From NCBI RefSeq assembly GCF_009914755.1, contig NC_060926.1: 64,000 nucleotides of DNA; one strand, written 5' to 3'. The notes under the pieces are model-generated. The model was not told where the DNA came from and did not search any database. It was given only the letters and a program-made list of their open reading frames with translations. Origin of the DNA: the human T2T-CHM13v2.0 reference genome, Homo sapiens. Of this stretch, positions 58,544-64,000 are shown in pieces (the first letter of the stretch is position 1; each line of letters opens with the position of its first letter). The position numbers were made by a program, and so were the translations under genes.

Positions 58544-58873
58544 CACAAATAGTGTTTTTATGGGGAAAAAAGTCACTTCCCCAAAAAACTTTGACATCAC
58601 TATTTAATTGAGTCTTATGATTAGTTTGGGGCTTATCAGTAGTTTTAAAGAATTATCAAAATTTGTACCAATTCTATTGAAAATACGTGAACAATATATA
58701 CTTCTATTGTGGCTAGATATATATTTTATAAAAATCAGAAGCATTCTCTGGGTTTCTATTATGTTATAGCCACAGTTCTATGATCTGAGAATACAATGAC
58801 AAAAAAGATATCCTTACATTTAAGTGCTCAAAGTCTAGAGCAAGACAGACAAATAGACAACTGCAGTATACTG

Positions 58874-59392
<519 letters not shown>

Positions 59393-59430
59393 TGTTACAT
59401 AAAAATATGAATACTATGGGAAACAGAAGA

Positions 59431-59857
59431 TGTCTTAATCCATTCTGTGTTTCTGGGTACACAAGGCTGGGTAATTTATTAAGAAAAGAGGTGTATTTGG
59501 CTTACGGTTCTGCAGGCTGAGAAGTTCAAGAAGCATGGAGCTGGCTTCTGCTCACCATGAGGTTGGGGCTTCTGTGCTGGGTCAAAACATGGTGGAAGTT
59601 CAAAGGGGAAGTAGATATGTATGAAGAGGCAAAACTCAACGGGCATCTGGCTTTATGAGAACCCACTCTCTCAAGAACCAGTCTAGTCTCACCAAAGTGA
59701 GCACTTACTACCTCAAGAACAGCAGCAAGCCATTCATGAAGACTCACCCACATGACCCAGACCCCTCCCACTAGGCCCCACCTCCCAACACTGCTGCATT
59801 GGGGATGAGATTTCAACATGAGTTTTCGTGAGAACAAGCCATATCCAAATCACAGCT
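59431..59857 (-). mobile_element. MST-like MaLR solo LTR
   Basis: ggctgggtaatttattaagaaaagagg and cactaggccccacctcccaacactgc motifs; 5-bp TSD GAAGA at 59426-59430 and 59858-59862. Confidence 0.88.
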
Positions 59858-61654
59858 GAAGAGAAATCAGTTAGTTCTTCCTGGGGCAGAGTGATTTTAA
59901 CAGTAATAATCGGGAACTTTTGGTAGATAAATAATATTTGCTTGAAGAATATGTGAGCTAGAACTTGAAACAATGAGTTTCTCACCAGGAAGATGAAGAA
60001 AAAAGTCAGCCTTCTGGATAAAATCCTAAAAGTCTATGGGATGGAACAAAGTGTTTGGTATAAAGGATGAGGGAAGATTGAAGAAACTGCAAAGGTAGGT
60101 GGTGACAAGATAGCAAAAGTCCTGAAGGGCCTTGTTATTAATTAGAAAGCCTTTTAGCTATGAAGTATAAATTACCAGAGGCTTAGCAAATAATAGCCCT
60201 TGTTTGCACCCTTAGCATCAAGCTCCGAGGTAGGCAGTTCCAGGTGTTTTGCAGCTGTTCAGGGACGTCAAGGACCCAGGAACTTTGTATCCTTCAGTTC
60301 TTCTGTTCTGCTACCCTTGATGATTGTTTTCATGATGACAAAGCTGATGGACTACACAGTTCTGGGCATCATACCTCAAAGATTCTCCATTTCATCTAAT
60401 TGGTCAGAACTGGCAAACATCTTGTCTGGTCCAATCTCTGAGTGAAGGAAAATGGGATTTCCATGGGCTTGTAGAGAACCCTTTTTCCCCTAAAGCAAGG
60501 GTCCTTTGCCTTCCATCTGGAAATGAAATCAAAAGCCTATTAGCAGGGATAAAAGGGGAATGATGTTGCATAAGCAGTAGATGGTGTCTGCCATGTAATT
60601 AGGTTTTTAAGTTTATGTGGTGGATATTTGGATATTTTTGTAGTTATTTACTATTTTTTAAGGATAGGGATAATGTAATTCAGTTTACATCATGGAACAC
60701 CCAATGATGACTCTGTGGCTTTAAACTTGGGTGACTGGGAAGTCATTTACTGAGATAGAGACTGTCAATGTGAGATGCGGAGCAAGATTTACGAGGGAAA
60801 GTCAGGACTTACAGTTTGCTTATGTTAAGTTAGAAATGCTCTGGGACATCAAATTGAGAAACCAGTAGATTGTTCAGATTATAGATCTGTAGCTAAAGAG
60901 ATTTAGTGGATTCGAAACTGAGACTAGACTCCTTTGGCGTGGTTAGAACAGTAAGACTGGATGAGTCTAAACTAGGAGAGCAGGAAATTCAGATGACACC
61001 CTGGGGAAATCCACACATTTCAAAGTGTGGGTAAATACATAGAAATGAAACAGTTAGATAGTCCATAATTAAACTTTTTTGAACACTTAGTAAGTTACAT
61101 ATAGTTTGATAAACATGTACCGTACAGTGTCTTTACACTTTGATATGAATATTCTAATAAATTCAGAGTGTAAACAGAATTTATACCATACTTTCACTTT
61201 CTTCCATATCAAAACCCCAAAGCATCTCTTTTGGTTTACAGCATGTAAAATCTGCCCTCCTGAGGTTTTTAGTGTTGTTTGTAGAGCAGGAAATTGTCTA
61301 CTGACCAGAAGAAATGACATACATATTTTTAGTATGTATTCTTTATCTTAGATTATGAAGGAGGTAGGCAAAGATGGAAGAAGACATAAATTCTGTTAAG
61401 TTTTAAATAATGAGATGGTTGTATTCATATTAGAAGAAATGCAAAACAGAGGGGCAAGTGTAGAGTTACATATATAATGTCAGTGCAAGCCAGTTGCTTA
61501 TGTGAAAGCGAAACTCAAATTAATGTTACCATTACTTGAACCTCTAGTCTACCCTTCTACTACTTTTCAGGAAAGAAAAGGAGAAAGGGAAAAATGTTGT
61601 GTTGTTAGCTTTTATTTTTCTGAAGAGAAAGAACCTAAATGGTGCCAGTTCTGA

Positions 61655-62023
<369 letters not shown>

Positions 62024-64000
62024 ACCTTTGGTGTTTTAAGCAAACCATGCACTACTTGAATATTCATCAATGAGATGGTCTCTGTCCAAAATAAGCAAGT
62101 AGGTACATCAAGAGGGAGTTTTAGACTTTCTGTTTTGGAACAGAAGACAATGAGTCAGTATTAACTGTTTCTCCTCCTTCTCTTTATACTTCCTCATCAT
62201 TGTTGCCTCCTTGCCCCTGGGTACTCAACTTCCTACCTCACACTAGAGAGGAAAGAAGATTCTACTTATAAACCCCTCCTTCCTCTGTCAACTTTCTGCT
62301 TCTGCGTCTATTTCTCTCTGTCCCCCCTCCACACTGATATACATACAAACTTCTACCAGTCACAGGCTATTGCTTTACCAAAAGTAGTTTAGCCACTTGA
62401 AATGGTTGTTCTTAACAGCTCTTTTGAGGAATGAAGGAATTGCTGAAGTAAAGCAAATGTGTCAGGAGATCTCAATTCTAATTAACATTAACACTGGTTG
62501 CTGGGGTACTTCGTTAAAGTCACTGTTGTTTAGTAAATCACAGATTCCCCACAGGGTGATTCTTGAAGGCAGTGGAGAACTGGGACCCAAATGCTCATGA
62601 ACATAATAGGAAAGCGTGAGGAGATTATACAAGTAAATATGGTATTGACAAAAACTCAGATTTCAACCACTGAACCCATTAACAAATAGTTTCCACACAG
62701 CTTGTATCCAACTCTGTTATGGTTTCTGGGGACACACACACCTACCCCCCACAGACTGTAAAATACAATCTGTGACCCTCAAAAATTTTACTATGTTTCT
62801 TTATGACACAGAACTATTGAACACAAATTAATTAGGTTATAATTAAATGTATTATTTTCATTATTATCTACTGCTTACTATACGTTTAAAATCATTCAGA
62901 GAACAATTAATTAGTGTAGGCTTGAAAAATGATGGAGAGATTAATGGAAGACATGGAGTCTCACATCAGGATTATTCTAGATCTTCTTAAAAATCATTAT
63001 GATTATCAATTGAGTGGAAAGAGAATATTCCACATGGGATGAAAAAGGTGAAGAGACACACCTGCCCTGGCTTGGCCCTGCTGGGCCACCCTGACAGAAG
63101 TGTTTTTGGAAGTAAACTCAGCCCTTGGCTTATGAACAAAGTGGTATCATACCCACACATGCACACAGACATATATAGGCAAACAGGGTTTATAGTGTAA
63201 CATTTAAATCTAAAAAGAATGAAAACACTATAAAGGGAAGGATCAGCTATATTATAAAACCCTTGGTTTCTGCGTGTTCAACTTTCTGTGCTTCTGCTGT
63301 TCTGAAAAGGTCTAAGATGAGATGCTAATTGAGATGCCTTCAGGACAGACAGGTATCATTAGCAAGTGAAGCAGGAAAGATGCCTTCCTTCATGTATTTT
63401 GCTTATACATGAAACACTTACAAATGTACTTTACTCCCACAAAGGAAAATGTTTTTCCCACTTTTCTTGAAACTTGAAGCCCTTTTGTTCTAAGTTCTAT
63501 ATTCCCACATTTGTTAGAAGCATTGCTAAGGAGAAATATTTCTCCATTACAAGGAAAATCTATTGCAAGCTGATGCACCTCAGGACTCAATGATGGAAAT
63601 GCAGGTGACCTGGAAAGCATAGGGGCACCCCAAGTGGACAAAAGCTACTCAGTGCCAGCTGATGCTGCCATGAGAAATGCTCACCCAGGGTTCCCAGATT
63701 TAACTGCTATTATGTGAAATCTCCCAACTTTTAAATGTAATTCAATTTTTAGAAAACAATTGAGTAGAATAATTCACTTCTTTTAGCTGGGTAAGACCCG
63801 AAGACCACACACTTGCATTTTCTGGTTTGTAAAATCAAGCGATGACCATTAGGTGGAAGCATGGATTTGACCCTGTGGCACAGAGAAGCTGCTTTCTACT
63901 GGAAGCAGTAGGTCCCAGTAGATACCTTGTCCTCCTGGCTTTTATTTTCCAGAAGCTGCTGTTCCTGGACAAGGAAATGCTAGCAATAGCAACACTGGTA

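Overview
This is primate, very probably human, genomic DNA from inside the NYAP2 (KIAA1486) gene on the + strand. Only two coding exons are supported. One is a 1095-bp CpG-rich exon (11801-12895) carrying the NYAP homology motif and two YxxM PI3K-p85 docking sites. The other is a 210-bp exon (56837-57046). They are joined by a ~43.9-kb phase-1 GT-AG intron. The rest is intronic and rich in interspersed repeats: a full-length THE1C-like MaLR with TSDs, older MaLR/ERV LTRs, about 16 Alus, and L1, L2, MIR and MER elements. No prokaryotic-type features are present. Structure that the repeats do not explain includes two long inverted duplications of apparently unique sequence, each with a perfect ~50-bp core (17353-20025, which also encloses an oppositely oriented Alu pair, and 45576-46528). 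There is also a ~270-bp tandem duplication next to the large exon that contains a template-switch inversion scar, a self-complementary 24-bp minisatellite, and a poly(A)-tailed mRNA 3'UTR retrocopy nested two LTRs deep. Finally, three in-frame splice acceptors precede the 210-bp exon. Repeat family names are from memory of consensus sequences and percent identities are rough manual counts; no searches were run.
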